Assembly (NCBI GenBank): GCA_032718475.1
Contig: JAUCBJ010006610.1
Location: 64,932-128,931 of the forward strand
Source: Nemertoderma westbladi
Taxonomy: Eukaryota > Animalia > Xenacoelomorpha
Reading direction: 5' to 3'
DNA: 64,000 nucleotides
How positions within the stretch are numbered: the first letter of the stretch is position 1; each line of letters begins with the position of its first letter. The notes beneath the pieces are model-generated. The model had not been told where the DNA came from. It did not search any database and saw only the letters and a program-made list of their open reading frames with translations. This document shows positions 49,654-64,000 of this stretch, in pieces. A program made the translations under genes and the position numbers.

Positions 49654-50660
49654 TTAACCCTATTAAACCCGGGGGGGGGGGGGGGGTCAATATGACCCCC
49701 CCCCCGTGGTTTTTTTATTATAATTCTGAAACAAAGGCAGTTGGGAATCTGAAATTTTATGACTTTTCCTAAAAATCTATTGTCTTCCTAGTAGTGAAAA
49801 CCGTTTTCAAAAATATTGGGTACTTTTCGAGATATAGCACCATTTTTTAACACTACTTTTGGCACTTTTTTTGAGACGTTTTTTGAAAATTACATTTCAT
49901 TAAATATGAAATGTAACATCTTTATTTTTGATTTACACCGGTTTTTTGGTGTTAGAAATTGGATGGAATTCATGTAAATTGATTTAGAAATTTCAAACTT
50001 GTTTTTTTCGGTGGGTGCCAAATTTTGGTGCCAGCACCAAATTTTGAAATATGTCAATTTTGTAAATTGATTGTTTGAAACTTGTTTTTTACGCAATTGA
50101 GGTTTTTTGGGGTTGTAGATTCGATAAAATATATACGAGTTGCACCAAGCGTATCAAACTTGTATTTTTCGGTGCTGTGTGCAAATTTTGGTGCTAGCAC
50201 GAAATTTTGAAAATCCATTCAATAGATAAAATTGCTTGTGACAATTTATTTCTTGAGTTTTAGAGGTTTATGGCTGTTCTGAATTTAATGGAATATATAA
50301 TTATCGAACTAGACATCTCAAATTTGTATTTTTCGGATGTGGGTGCAAAATGTGGTGCTAGCACCAAATTTTGAAAACCATCAAATAAATAAATTGATTG
50401 TGTCACCTTGTTTCTTGCGTTATACGGGTTTGTGATGGTTCTGAATTCAATGGAATCAGCAAAAATTTCATAAGAGTTCTCAAACTTGTATTTTCGCCGG
50501 TGGGTGAGAATTGTTGTGCCAGCACCAAATTTTGGAAAATATGCAAATTGATCAGTAGATAGTATCACCTTGTTTCTTGCGTTATACGGGTTTATGAGGG
50601 TCCTAAATCCGATGGAATCAATAAAAACAGCACTGGACATCGCAAACTTGTACTTTTTGG
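49654..50660. mobile_element. Probable piggyBac-like non-autonomous element end with ~180-bp internal repeats
   Basis: TTAA followed by CCCT and a GGGGGGTCAATATGACCCCCC hairpin; repeated GGTGCTAGCACCAAATTTTGAAA blocks; other terminus not found. Confidence 0.45.
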
Positions 50661-53275
50661 TGATGGGCCAGGGAGACGGAAAGCGCATTGACGGAGTCAT
50701 TCTCATCCTCATTCTCATTTGGGACACCACCATCGTGGACTCACTCACGCCCAGCCACCTCATCCAAAGTACGGTGTTGATGAGGCCGAATCCCTAAAGA
50801 TCCGGAAGTACCAGGACCAGATTGACCAGGGGTACTCCTATCATGTTGCTTACGAGGCCCTTGGTTGACCCGGCTCTGAGACCTGGGACGGCAGCTTTCC
50901 TAAAGGAAACAGGAACTCGTCTCACACCACCACTCAGGAGCCTCGATCCCTCCAACACGGCCTCCATATTTGCGACTATGGACCCTCCCCTTTCTTACAG
51001 CCTCTACGAGATTCTATACCCCCCCCCCCCCCCCCCCGCCATGAATGGATATCATCTCCATTTGTACTTTTTATTAATTTATTTATTAACTAAATGTAAG
51101 ACATATTAGACTCTTTTCTTTTTCTTATTTTTTTTAATTAAAAACTCAGAACTTATTTAATTTTAATATTTTAACTTGTTTTTTATTTACTTTTACTCTG
51201 TATTATTCCTCATGTCCGACATTTTAACCCAATTTTACTGAGTTCCGTTTCATTTTTTTAGATAGCCCCTTTCAGATAACTCGCAACAAACGTTTATTAA
51301 GTACATTTTTTAAATAATACATAATTAATTACTTATATTCTGGTGCAGAATTATAATTTAATTAATTGAATTACTTTATCATCCTAAATAATGACATGTT
51401 GGTCTGATTCGAAAAGTTTCTGCATATGTATTCTAATTGATCCCTTCAAAGATTTAGCTAAGCTGAATTAATAACACCAGACCATAAGATAAGCAGATAC
51501 TAAGAGCGACAATAAATTCTGGTGATACACCAGAAAGATAGTTATAAGATAGTTATGCGATAATGCATCGCATATATGATATGAAACTGTATAACGGTAA
51601 ATTGCAGAAACTCTCCAAGGCCATGAACTAAAGAATAACGAAGATTTTCGCACAAATCTATTAGTAATTAGCGGCCAATTGTCAAAACCACAATGAACTT
51701 CATCAATTATTCAATCTACTGTCAGTGGACTTCCCAATACAATTTGCATTGAGCAGGATGCCATATTGTTTGGGAAAGCCTAAAAAGGCTATTATATTAA
51801 TTGGGAAGCCTAAAGGTGTGGGATAGTATTTGGATAAAATGGTTAGATGCCTTTAGTTATCTAAAGGCATCTAACCATTTTATGCAAATACATTATTTGG
51901 AGTGTAGCAAGATAGCCTTTGTCCACCGTAAGGTCGAACATTGGACCATAAAATGGGGTTTGCATTTTATCTCGCTGTATAATTTACTTCCCACATGAAG
52001 CTGAAGTCTCCTATAATTTTAACATAAATATCTCCACACGACTTTTTCCCTTTTCCGCATTTCATTTCATTTCTAAAATGTCGTGTTATTGTTATAAACA
52101 AACGGGTTGATAATTCAAAGTGATCCTCCGAAGCTCTTTGCATAGGATCTTATCCGCAAATATCAGCCAACGCAACTATGAGATAGTGTAAGGCAAATCT
52201 TCACTTACTCCGATTCTGATACAGTTTTTCATCCAGTTTTCAGTTTTTTTTTATTATTAAATTTTTTCATTATTTCATTTTTTTTCATTCAGTTTTTAAT
52301 TTAATACTGTCCAGTACTTTGTTCTGTGCAGTTGCTTCCAGATAGATCCGAACATAACTATTAATCTCTTATTCTGAGTACGAATATAATGTTATGGGAG
52401 GGATTCAATTCATTGAGGGAACTAGGCAAGTATTAATAAGATGGCTGTGGTCATAACATATACAGTAAAACGGCAGAGCCGTTTATTAAGTAGTGCAAAA
52501 TAAATGGGTACCGGTAATGGGTGATAAATGGGAACCAAAGGAAACTTCGGAAACAGATTGGGGGGGGGGGGGGGGGGGGCGTAATGTGCAAGATCACCCC
52601 CATGATGAGATGGTGGTGAACAAGCACTGGAACAAGCACAAGAACAAGAACTGGTAAATGGATCACAGCACAATCAGTAAGTCCTAGGTGATGATGATGG
52701 TCAAAAACCGTTCGACATCCACAGTAGATAATTGCCAAATGAACATAATTAATATTGGGTAACATATGCCTGGAAACTGCACAGAAACAACATGGAAATT
52801 TATCACGGTCCTACCTACGTGTTGACCTACCAATAGATACACATTTACTGGCCATGTGCTGCCCCAATATTGGTTGTTTTTTTTCCCCTGTCATTCTATG
52901 TTCTCTTGGCCCTATGCTAGCTTCTCCCCTGATGTGTTGGTAACCAACTCTCAGCTAGCATCACATTCCTCGGTATGCAATATTATATTGGATATTGGAT
53001 ACCTGTGGGTGATTCGTAAATCACCCTGTTCCCCATTCTACTGGCAGGTGGCGTGCATCGGATGGATCCGCTAACAAATGTTGCTGATCACACACAATAT
53101 GGAAACTCACACATGGTGAGTTTCCATCTTTAAGAGGTAATGGGATGATGTCATCTAATGGTATGGATTCGTCTTCAAGAAAATTCACTAACTTGATGGA
53201 TTGAAATGGCTGATATGAAGTGAGCTTTTCTCGGCTCGGTTACTTATGGAGGTTTAGCCGTGCGCAAAGGGCCAC

Positions 53276-53361
53276 AAGATCTACATCCCTGTACTGCATG
53301 TACACTGTACATGCAGTACAGGGATGTAGATCTTATAGACCTGTACATTGTACAGGTCTAT
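53276..53361. repeat. Two abutting perfect palindromes (29-bp and 13-bp arms)
   Basis: 53276-53334 and 53335-53361, each centred on TGTACA-N-TGTACA. Confidence 0.9.
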
Positions 53362-54794
53362 GAGGTCCATGTCCATGGATCAGATTAGCGTATTGCATCA
53401 GAGTAAGAGTCGATGGAGAAATAACAGGGCCTATATTTGGAAACCCATTCAGGGCGGGTTACTTTGAGCAACATCACTGTATAAATGGGGAGGGTTCGAT
53501 TGAATAGTACGTGCTCCCTGTTGCAGGTGCTTGAAAAGTTCGATTTTAGCAGTAATGGTTTCCCGATGGGCATCTGTCATTTCTTGCCTCGAGGTTGCGA
53601 TATCAGTTAAAGCCACAGTGTACTCGCTGCATAATGAGTCGTGAATAGAGATAAATTAAAGCAGCGGTGTACTTGCTGCGAGATCAGATAAAGCAGCAGT
53701 GTACTCAGGTGATGAGTTGTGAATAGAGATCATCGCCAACAGGGCATCAATTAATTGCTTTTCATTATTTGCCGATACAGATTTATTCTGTTCCGAATAC
53801 AGTTCCGAATATGTTCCATATCTCGGTGTAAATCTCCTCTAAATTGGCCATATAATCAGATCATACCAGTATCAGTAATTTAATACATAAGATTAACTCA
53901 AACAGCAGAAATTTCTTTGTCACACACCAAATTTCTCAAGAAATTTCTTAGTTATATATGTTTGTTATATCATTTATTTTTCTTCGCTAAAGGGACATAG
54001 CATCGACAATGTTAAAAAAATAGTACCTAATGCACAAAATGTAGGTTTCGATCATTGACTTTAAGTCTGTTAGAGAGACTTCGAGTAAATGGATCCATAA
54101 GCTATAAATCAATACAATGTTACAAATATAATCCACATAGGACTTATAGCAATGATGTTAAAACAAGTTACAAGGACCAGGCAGTATTTTAAATAAGTGG
54201 GAAAAGCCTAGACACCACGTAGCAAATACTAATCATTAAAAATTGTATATATTGCACTGTACTGAATTATTTTTCTTTGATCATCTCAAAATACAATATG
54301 GTAATGGAATACATTTTTTTATTACAGTGTAAGTCTTTAAAAATTAATAGGCCCAAAATATGAATAACATCTTTAAAAATTTCCTACGGGGTAGGTTTTT
54401 CTTGGTGGTGATTTTATTTTCAGTCTAATTTTTCATGATAGATGTTATTGTCTCTTACACTGTCTGCCCTTTAATATATAACCGACACCTGCACTAACAA
54501 ACGGACAGTTTGAATGTCTTCTATCGTGAAAAATCACATCGGATATGAAATCACCAACTCCCAGGAAAACCACAACAGCAAAAATGTTGCAAAGCATTGT
54601 TCTTTCTTATTCATAGATATGCTTAGTGGCAGTTAAGATGGTGAAGGTTCACCATCGCTTCCTTAGAATCGATTAGACCCCATCAAGTCCGATTGACTGG
54701 GCTCATCACTGAAACCAAACCCCTGCCAAGAATGACGACCTCACCTGAGGTACAGGAGTTTAGAATGGAGTAGTAGGATTATGTGGTTTATCAA

Positions 54795-55591
54795 GGCCAG
54801 GTCACACATAAGTTTTCAACTGTCAACATACAACTAAAAGATAGAACATATTGTAGCCTATGGGGACGTTCACACTAAACAGTCAACTTTCAACTTTTAA
54901 AATGCACTAGTCCTATGTTCTATCTTACTTGAAAGTTGAAAGCTGGCATTTCCAGCATTGGCAGCCAATCAGAAGTAGGTAATGTTTATAAATTATAGCA
55001 GCTACTAGCACATAACATTTATGTTATATACTTTACCTTTAAAGTTAGGTAGAAGTAGTTTTGCGTAGCCCGATATAGACTTCCTCTACTTGCCATCTCT
55101 CTCATATATGCGGTTCTATAGATGAGAGTAATTCATCAAAGGATGAAATTAACATGCTCGTGACGTATATGTTATTAAAAAAATTCCTTTACTTCTTTTA
55201 TAACATCTGCCCGCGAATCTTGATAAAGTTTTCCAATAACGCCGTACGACAACCTCTTTTGATTGATCAGGTAAACACAATATCGGCGTTTATTTCGCCG
55301 CCTATGTAAGGCATAATTATACTAATATTACGTCATCGATTTAGATATCATTATTAAAAATTATGACTTTAGATAAAATGAAAAAACACTTATATTACAG
55401 AAAACAATACAGATGTGATAACTGCCAGCTGAATATTGTTCAACCCTTTATATCTGGTCTAAGCAATATTATACAATAATTTTTATGAGCTGAAAGTTGA
55501 ATGTTTATGTGTGAACTGGGACTTAGTTATTTGAAAGCTGATAGTTGAATGTTGAAAGTTGAATGTTGAAAGCGCATGTGTGACCCGGGCC
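54795..55591. mobile_element. Harbinger-like MITE
   Basis: Termini GGCCAGGTCACACAT / ATGTGTGACCCGGGCC next to TTA; subterminal TTCAAC/GTTGAA repeats. Confidence 0.55.
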
Positions 55592-58500
55592 TTAAGAATA
55601 TTACAAATGAAAGATTATTGCGACTGAACTAACAAAATTTAACATAAAAAATTTCAGAAAATAATATAGGAAATATATAGAAAATTTGCAATTTCAACCC
55701 ATTTTGGAGTAGTTCACTTTTTTCTCTCTTTTTACCTTTTTGGAGTGACCAAAACGGTATGTTTGACCAGCATTGGTCGTCACCGCGATGTCGCCATGAC
55801 GTGTATCTGTGCACCGAGACTAAACAGTGCACCGTGCTTAAATACTGCTCGATTGTACATCTAAGACCATAGAGCACAAACTACAAAGCATTATTTAACA
55901 ACTAAATAAAGAAATACTTTTAATAATTTGTTGGTTTTAAGACACCACTATTATTTGAATATTATTCACTTAATTAAACATAAACACTTATTACTGTAGG
56001 TGGAGATAATGCCGATGTCCTTTCCTTATCCATGTTGCTGAGTTTTAGAGTCAGCGGCTTTTGCGTCTCATCAGTATCCATGAACGATTCATCCTCGCGG
56101 CGATATACCTTACTGCGGGTAAAGTGCGTTTGTTGGGCCACCAAAGCTCGTTGTCTAAAAAAAAGTTATATGAAGGTAGAAATTTGTTTTAAGCAAATGT
56201 ATTATTGTTTGTTGTCGTTTTTTTTTTGCTGAATTGTAGGTGTGTAACAATTTTTAAAATAATCCTTAATGACAATCGGACCAGTTAATGGTTTGTCTCC
56301 AACTTGCCGTCGCAAATACTGTGGGTATTTCTTGCAACCAATATAACGTGATTTCCTGTTAATCTTGCTCTCTATTATCATCAATGGAGTGATAAAAAAT
56401 AATAAACGTAACTCTAAACTAAACGACTAAACGTTGTTTTATTTATACTTTTAATTTTGTTTATGTTTTTATCTCCCTGGGGGGAATCTAGGGCCTAATA
56501 TTTAAAAATTGCATTTTTATCCCTTTTGCTCTGTAAGGGAACTCCTCCAGTAAACGTCACTGAAGGGATATCTTTCGTCATAGGGGTGAGAATTTCGAAA
56601 TACCCTTATCCGATCCTTAAGTGCTTCCCTAGTAGAATATCTACTTCCCTTCACACTAGACTTCCGGTTTTGTTCAGGGAACCTGCCGTCGGACAACCCA
56701 TGGCCGGTAAAGGATATGTAGTAGACACTGAAACAGTGTCATAAATAAGAAGGTTCAGTTTGACTTGCAATATATTGATAACTACATACTAGAACAATAA
56801 CTACTATTCTCACCAGTAGAAGGTGCTTGCACTTACGGTGCAAATAACACCAATAATATACAATAATAAAGTACTGATTATCATTAGGAAGAGGTGACAT
56901 TTAATGTAGAAATGCACATAAGAATAAACTATATATCAAAACCACAACATTAAATACGTCACAATATTGGCAATAATCAGCACTAAACATCTGACCGATC
57001 TAATATTAACACCTTCACCTTTTACGCCCAAAATGTCCGTTATCTCTCTCAGCTGTGAGTAATGTTGGCAAACCCCCCTATCCAATAATAACCCCTTTCA
57101 CCCACACAAACCAACCGGATACATTGTTCTTTCGGTATTGTAATTCCTACAGTATTTATTGCACCATTGTTTGGTCTTATCAGTATTTAAACGTATCTAA
57201 ACTGGGCTTGGCCATCACGCCTCACTTCATAGCTTTTAATCATACCACGGTATGATTCATTCTGTTAGTCAATGTCACATCCCCTGTTATTACCCCCCTA
57301 ATTATATCCTTTATTGGTTTGGTATTATTCACTAACATGCTCCTCTTTTTATATATTTAATAAATGTATTATATTGATATTTCGGACCACTTCCATATCT
57401 TCCTGCAAAGTAAAGTCATTAATAGTTACTAGTGTCGTGTCCTATTATACCCAGTGTCCTATTATCCCTTATATCAATATCATGTCAAAGCCTTATTGGT
57501 TGGTTATACCGCGTATTGGAAGGGACAGATTTCGCACAGACGAAAAATACGGATAATTTTTAATTTAGAGCGATGTCACTTTTAGTCATAAATAATAATT
57601 ACTAGATAGCAAACTTGAACTTCGCTGTTTAGGCATAGGCCTACATATAAAAAAAAAGATTCGCTATTATGTCTAAAGTTAAAGCCGATATACACATAAA
57701 ACCAGAATAACCTACACAATTATTGCTAAAATTCATTCATCTGAAAACATTTCAACGGTGACGTGTAAGTAGATGTGTGAGTAGAATAGATTCGTTTTGA
57801 CTGAAAATGACTAAAAAGAGATAACTAAAGCCCCGTTCACATCCAACAGTGGGTGAGCGGTAAAGTAGTCTGGCGGTATTGTAAGCCAGCGGTTCACTAC
57901 CCGGAGCCCGTTCATTTATTTTTTATTTATTCACATAATATATTTTAATGGACAAACTATGATTTGGAACTCAACCTAACTTTTTTAATTTTATATATCT
58001 ACCGAGAGACCAGCTACAAAGTACTAAACCAGCCCTTACTTTCCATATATATACATATATACTGGAAAAAAAAACAATAAACAAAACACAATAGAATAGA
58101 ATAGGTTACAGTTTTAGTATTTACTTTATACAATAAATATATAAAATAAGGCAATTACCTAAATATATAAATAGAGGTAACTCTTCCTCAATGTGATAAG
58201 CTTATTAATTTGCCTGATTAATAATAAGTCATCCGTAATTAAGCAGATCCGTTGATAATACAGCTTCGTGCCAACAGCCTATATGGCCTCCTCTCCTCTC
58301 TATCAGATGGACAGGATATTCAATTAAGTCACACTCAAATGGACGTCCTACATACACATACAGACAGACGGTGATGGGTGGAAGAGCAAGCTGTCACATA
58401 TATTGTTTATTTTACTCAGGTTTCTGTCTTCTACCTATCTGGAGATATAAATATAATAACTTCCTTTTTGGGAGTTGCTGTTCCAACATACGAAAATGAC

Positions 58501-58889
58501 AAACAATGAATAATACCGAGTAATATATATATATATATAATAAAAAATATATACCATCAAGTAATAATATATAGTAATACACAATGAGTATACCGGTACA
58601 ATACAAGTAAGAACAGATGACAATTCTGATAAGATAATTGCTGTCATTTGGTCACTTCCCAGGTTCTAATGTTGTTATACCACCAGTGAGCCTAAGTTGG
58701 TACCAAGCAGCTCTAACTTAGGGAAGATTTACAGTACAGTGCATATTACATTACTGGTATTAGCATATTATATTACAGTATATCAAGGAAGAGACACAAC
58801 AAGTGACTTTTCACCTGCTTAAGGGATAATCGCCAACTCAATGCAGTAACAAACAAGTGGTATGTTTGTGATAGAAAATAAGGAAAAGC

Positions 58890-59220
58890 GAAAGTAAGGG
58901 GAAGGCATGGGCAGCATAGAATGAGCTTTCCAGGATTTGGAAGTCACATAGAATACATCGGAAACTTAAGGTCCGATTATTTAGAGCGGCAGTAGTTCCA
59001 TGTCCATGCTGCATGTGAGTCCATGCTGGGCTTTAACTGCTAAGGTTAAAGTGACGTGACACTAGAACAAAGCTGCCTCTGCTTTGCAGGATATTGCTTT
59101 TGCTTTGAGGACCAGCCTTGCACTATCTCATGCTTTGGCAGCCCCATGTAGAAAATAAGCATAGTGAACAGCGCATGACTTTCGTGAGACGCCTCCTAAA
59201 GGACACTGGCCTCGAAGTTA
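58890..59220 (+). mobile_element. Decayed RTE LINE fragment
   Basis: Homologous to 28525-28550 joined to 47478-47895, uninterrupted at GGCATGGGCAGC. Confidence 0.8.
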
Positions 59221-61879
59221 GCTCTAAATGATAATGGGTCGGCACAGATGAAATAAGGCTGGAGATATATCCGCCTATGCATCTGTATCCGTAGTATTTT
59301 CTCTGCGAGCAGTTCGATTTAGACATTTTACATTTAAATTTGCATTGGTTATTATCTGAATTTCTAAACAGTTGTAATGCAATGATGATGGTTAATGATG
59401 GTGGTTGATGATGGTTAATGATGGTGGTTGATGATGGTTAATCAAAACTTTTTCTACATGAAATGAGATTCAGGACATTACGTTACAGTGGCATGTTTAA
59501 GTTATATTTTTAGGATTATTCAGCTGTTATTTGGGTCAAAATTTTTCCTCGGAGGGTGATGAATCTCATTCAGTCCAGAGTACCATCCCCCCCCCCCCCC
59601 ATCCATGGGATAGGCAATGTCTATAAATGTACTATTGAATTTCTGAGATAGGGAGGGGGGGGGAGGGGGGGGGGGGGACTGGACGCAAATCCCACCTTGG
59701 CGATTTTATATCCCGCCTCCATGTTAAATTCTCAATTTAGGGAAAGGAGCAGGTTACAGTGGCACATTATTTTAACCAAAACAATAAACTAAACACAATA
59801 GAACAGGTTGTAGTTTTATTTTTGAGAGTAATAACTGTTATTTGCGTCCAATTTCCCCTGGAAATGGACGAATTTTTATTGCGTCCGGCCCCCCCCCCCC
59901 CCTCCCCCTATCTGGATTTTCTAGATAAGGAGGAGTCTTGACGTAATACAAATGGAAAAATGAAAATCCATCCCAGCGAAAATCGACGCAAATAAAAGCT
60001 GATTGATTACTTACACAAATTCAAATTTAATCTGTACTATTGACTTCGGTTTATTGTTTTGATTAGAATATATATGGAATATCGTCCTACTGTACTGTCA
60101 CCTGCACCTTTCCCTTAATTGAAAATTTAACTTTGCGACAAGATATTAATTCGTCGTGTTGTCGATGTAAAGGTCCAGATGGGGAATAAAGACAATTATT
60201 TTACTGAGAAATCATGTCCGGAATCTTGTATAAGGAAACATGAATCGTGTTAGGATTCCGGCTGAATATCAATTTTGCATTAATGATTTTTAATAAAAGT
60301 TGGAGTAATTTACCGAAATAGACCTATAGAAAACAAAATTATTACATTGACTTTTAAAGAATAGACATCAAAACCTATGGCAAAAATAACAACCAACAAC
60401 CACAATATACACAAAGGGGAAGTAATAATTACTGAAACTATAATAGATAAAATTCATCAGGTAAAAATTATATGACCAGAATTAGAGACACGAAACCACA
60501 CATTTTCTAATAAGAAGACGGGCTCCAACTGAAACAATTGTGTATACGAACAATATGAGAAAACTAATCGGCTCCATAATGCAATAATATCTAGAATACC
60601 CAAACACATTACTGCTTTTATCATAAATGTGCTACCATAGTACTTATTTTTATTCCTATACAAGGATAAATGACACATGTAAAAGGAATGGTAATTAATT
60701 ATTCGGTAGAAATAAATATTAAATATATCTACTGTAAACCATCATGTATAATAAATTAATTTTCAGGACAGCCCCCATTGCCTTTTTCCTTCACAGCGCA
60801 GCGCCATCTTGCTTGCAGGGGATTATCAATGGATCTAATCTCCAGTTCGCTATTATCGAGAGATCTTTTTCCCTCTCAAATCGGTTAATTATTCCGCTAT
60901 TTTATTCACTTACAATTAGGATAATCTTTACATTCTATCTTTATCTATTTCCCCAATCCCCCCAATTAGACTGTTATGAAGATCTTCTTGGTCTCCAAAA
61001 TAGACACATGTCTCCATATTGCCTCTTTATATTAAACATAAATTATATATAATTCTTTAAAAATCTCGTTATACCGGATTTACCATTTGTTTATGTAATA
61101 AGTAAGAATGTTTTTGACAGGGATTTACAGTCATCTATCTACTTACCATTGTTATAAAGGCTTATGTACAATGTACATGTACAACATGTTCAATTACTGT
61201 GTATACAATAATTGAAGAATTTTCTGTCTGCATCTTTTTTTGCAAGATGGCTGGAAGGAGCCCGGGGGGAGGAATCCTAGCCAAGACTATTACAAATACA
61301 AATGAACTATGTTAGTCAGCAGCATGTAAACTAAACAATTGTCTAAACTGTAAGGCGTGACCTCGGATAGCTGACTTTTGTGGCTCATCCCACATAATGA
61401 TCCAATCCATCAATAATAATCCAACATAATCCCACAAAAAATGGCACTTTGCTACCACTAACAAAAATATAATATGAAGCAAATAATTTCATTATCAAGA
61501 TATAAGATACGATTACCGAATATTTATAAAAAATGCCCATGATGCACAACCAGATAAATAACAACGAATAGAGCCAAATAACAAATTTAGTTTCCTTCTA
61601 AATGTATTACCCCGTCAGCTGAATTTCTCTTCCCAGTGAATTATATGGGAATATCTATAAGGTTACTACTGCTATGTTAGGTGGTAGGCCATCTGATTGA
61701 ATTATAAGCACATGGTTGTTCAAATGTTAGGTTTATAATGACATTTAGGGGCTGGGATTGTAAGACTCTCAGACTGTATGCAAAGCTGTTCAATAGGGAG
61801 GGAACCATCTACACCACGTTTGTATATGGGAGGTCTTCTTATAGCTAGCTTGCTGACTTAGTTAATTAATAGGGCTGCC

Positions 61880-62220
61880 TTTGATGTATTCTAATTGGTC
61901 AGGACCGCCCAATAATACTCCTAAAGCCAACATCTCTATGTATTCCTTTGTCACAGCTGTCAATGAATGTCTAAATACAATTAATTTCGCGGCAAAGTAA
62001 TGTCTAAAAAACGAAATATATCGAATACCACACATAGAATCGATCTGAAACTTTGTAACGCGATTATCAACCACCAAAGCAATGTACTTGCAAAATTTAA
62101 TTAAAAACGCCAAGCAGGAAGTGCCTGAACCGGGATTATGATCAGTGAGTGAGTCAGTGCGTCAAGTCAGTCAGTGTTATATGACCTGAGATTTTTACAG
62201 CTGTCGAGCGGACTCCTAAA
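61880..62220. mobile_element. Helentron/DINE-like non-autonomous repeat
   Basis: (CAGT)n-type microsatellite near 62143-62177, AAAGTTTCAGATCGAT core on the minus strand and short terminal hairpin-like sequence. Confidence 0.45.
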
Positions 62221-62229
62221 TATTGTGAA

Positions 62230-63012
62230 TTTGGATTGATAGATAACTGTAATTTAGTTTACCCATTAATGGTTTCTATCATAGAAACAACTGTTGGAAA
62301 GAATAAGGAACGAATTGATCATGTTCTGCAACCACTTGGTCTTGTGGAAATAAGAAATTATAGTTAATTGAAGGTCTAACTCCTACAAATATTAGTTTAT
62401 CCAGGATCATTCAACAGCAAATAGCTTATTGCCCATCAATCCACAAACCGCTTAATTATAATTATTACCCCACTGACTAATGGCTGTAGCTTAATTTCAA
62501 AATTGCACTTGTACTTCAAACAGTGAACCCGATGATACTTTCTTTTTTAACGGCATTAAAAATTGGAACGCTCTGCCTAATGAAATTAAAAACCTAAATA
62601 ATCAACATTCTTTTAAATCTGCAGTTAAATCTCATCTCCGTGTGCAATGTAAAAATAGGTACAATAGTCCTACAGTAAGTTATTAGTTTATTAATTATTT
62701 ACTATTTATACTGTAATTACGTTTTATAATAAATTGTTCTGTACATTACATCTTTATCGTTGAGTCGGGCATTGTCACGCTCTCGGTAAAGTTGTACATG
62801 TACATAGTGTAATTACGTTTTATATTGGTTTTAGGTTAGCGTAGTGTAATATTGTATTTGTAACCAAGTAACATAAAGGACCCCCTTGGAAATAAGCTGC
62901 AAAGCTTTAGGGGTAATCCTATATGTTATGTTGGACAATACCTTTATACTGGTACATTGGTTGGTGTATTTGTTATTGTTTTTACATAATGTATAAATAA
63001 ATCTATATCTAA
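62230..63012 (+). mobile_element. CR1/L2-group LINE 3' end
   Basis: TFFFNGIKNWNALPNEIKNLNNQHSFKSAVKSHL at ~62536-62640, 3' stem-loop 62877-62920, AATAAA plus ATCT-type tail. Confidence 0.7.
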
Positions 63013-64000
63013 CCCCTTGTCAATATCTTTATGTATTAAGGGATAGTTCTAAATTAGGAAAACACTAGTAAAACGGTAAAACACTAGGAAAACATAAGAA
63101 AAGTACTGTAAAACACCCGGAAAACAGTGAAAATATTGATCAGCAGGAAATTTAACACATGTACTTCTCTGAATTGACAATCCTAAATGTACTCCTCGCA
63201 TAGCACCCCTTAAGTAATCACCGTAAAACATAGGGAAAACACTATAAAAACACTATAAACCTTCCGGAAAACAGTGAAAAAATTGATCAGCATTAAATTT
63301 TACCTATATGCTGCAAGAAAATAAATTGAAAGAGTCTAATACTGCCCAGAAAGCTTGTTGCCAGGCAACCAAAGAACTGTAACCAATCAGCATACGGTGC
63401 AGTATCAGTACAGCAGTACTATCCTTGTTTTACCGGTCAGTCGGTAGAGGCGCAAAGTACCAGTATTGCTGTATTCTGGTAGGCCTATTACCTGATTACA
63501 GATTACAGTATTAGTGCTGTAGTGCAGTAGTGTATTCCAGTATTCAGATATTGCAGTTATTGTTAGGGTTTATAGTTAAAGCTGTAAATATTTCGATATT
63601 TAGTAGCTGAGTAGTACCGGTAAGCATTACAGTATTAAGACAGCTGGCAACCTGGTTACAGAGATAGTGCCATAGCCATGGGACATTACAGCATTACATT
63701 ACATATTACAGCATTACACTACTGCACTACAGCACTAATACTGTAATCAGGTAATAGGCCTACCAGAATGCAGCAATACTGGTACTTTGCGCCTCTACCG
63801 ACTGACCGGTAAAACAACGATAGTACTGCTGTACTGATACTGCACCGTATGCTGATTGGTTACAGTTCTTTGGTTGCCTGGCAACAAGCTTTCTGGGCAG
63901 TATTAGACTCTTTCAATTTATTTTTTTGCAGCATATAGGTAAAATTTAATGCTGATCAATTTTTTCACTGTTTTCCGGAAGGTTTATAGTGTTTTTATAG
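63013..64000. mobile_element. Large foldback element running off the right edge
   Basis: 63242-~63534 is the near-perfect reverse complement of ~63715-64000. Confidence 0.85.

Noticed and set aside
50260-51109. 167-aa and 95-aa ORFs
   Set aside because: Derived from internal repeats and low-complexity sequence; no recognisable domain.

Overview
AT-rich animal (probably invertebrate) nuclear DNA dominated by nested transposable elements. No prokaryotic features. Host genes: four phase-compatible Gly-X-Y collagen exons on + (10704-26704) and an intronless carbohydrate-sulfotransferase-like gene (14251-15327, -) nested antisense in one of their introns. The main object is a complete 18.9-kb BEL/Pao LTR retrotransposon (28551-47472, -) with ~1.2-kb near-identical LTRs and a GGCAG target duplication, inserted into an RTE LINE. 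A decayed relative occupies 1-10181. This family is unusual in three ways: (1) neither copy has a tRNA-type TGG primer-binding site, and in both the sequence next to the 5' LTR is complementary to a segment inside the element's own LTR, suggesting Tf1-like self-priming; (2) an intact 591-aa triple zinc-knuckle ORF with no envelope features occupies the env position; (3) a structured non-coding spacer separates pol from the extra ORFs. The rest comprises an integrase-only Gypsy remnant, foldback/MULE-like elements, LINE and SINE fragments and a 5.9-kb complex satellite. All calls were made by eye; no database searches were run.
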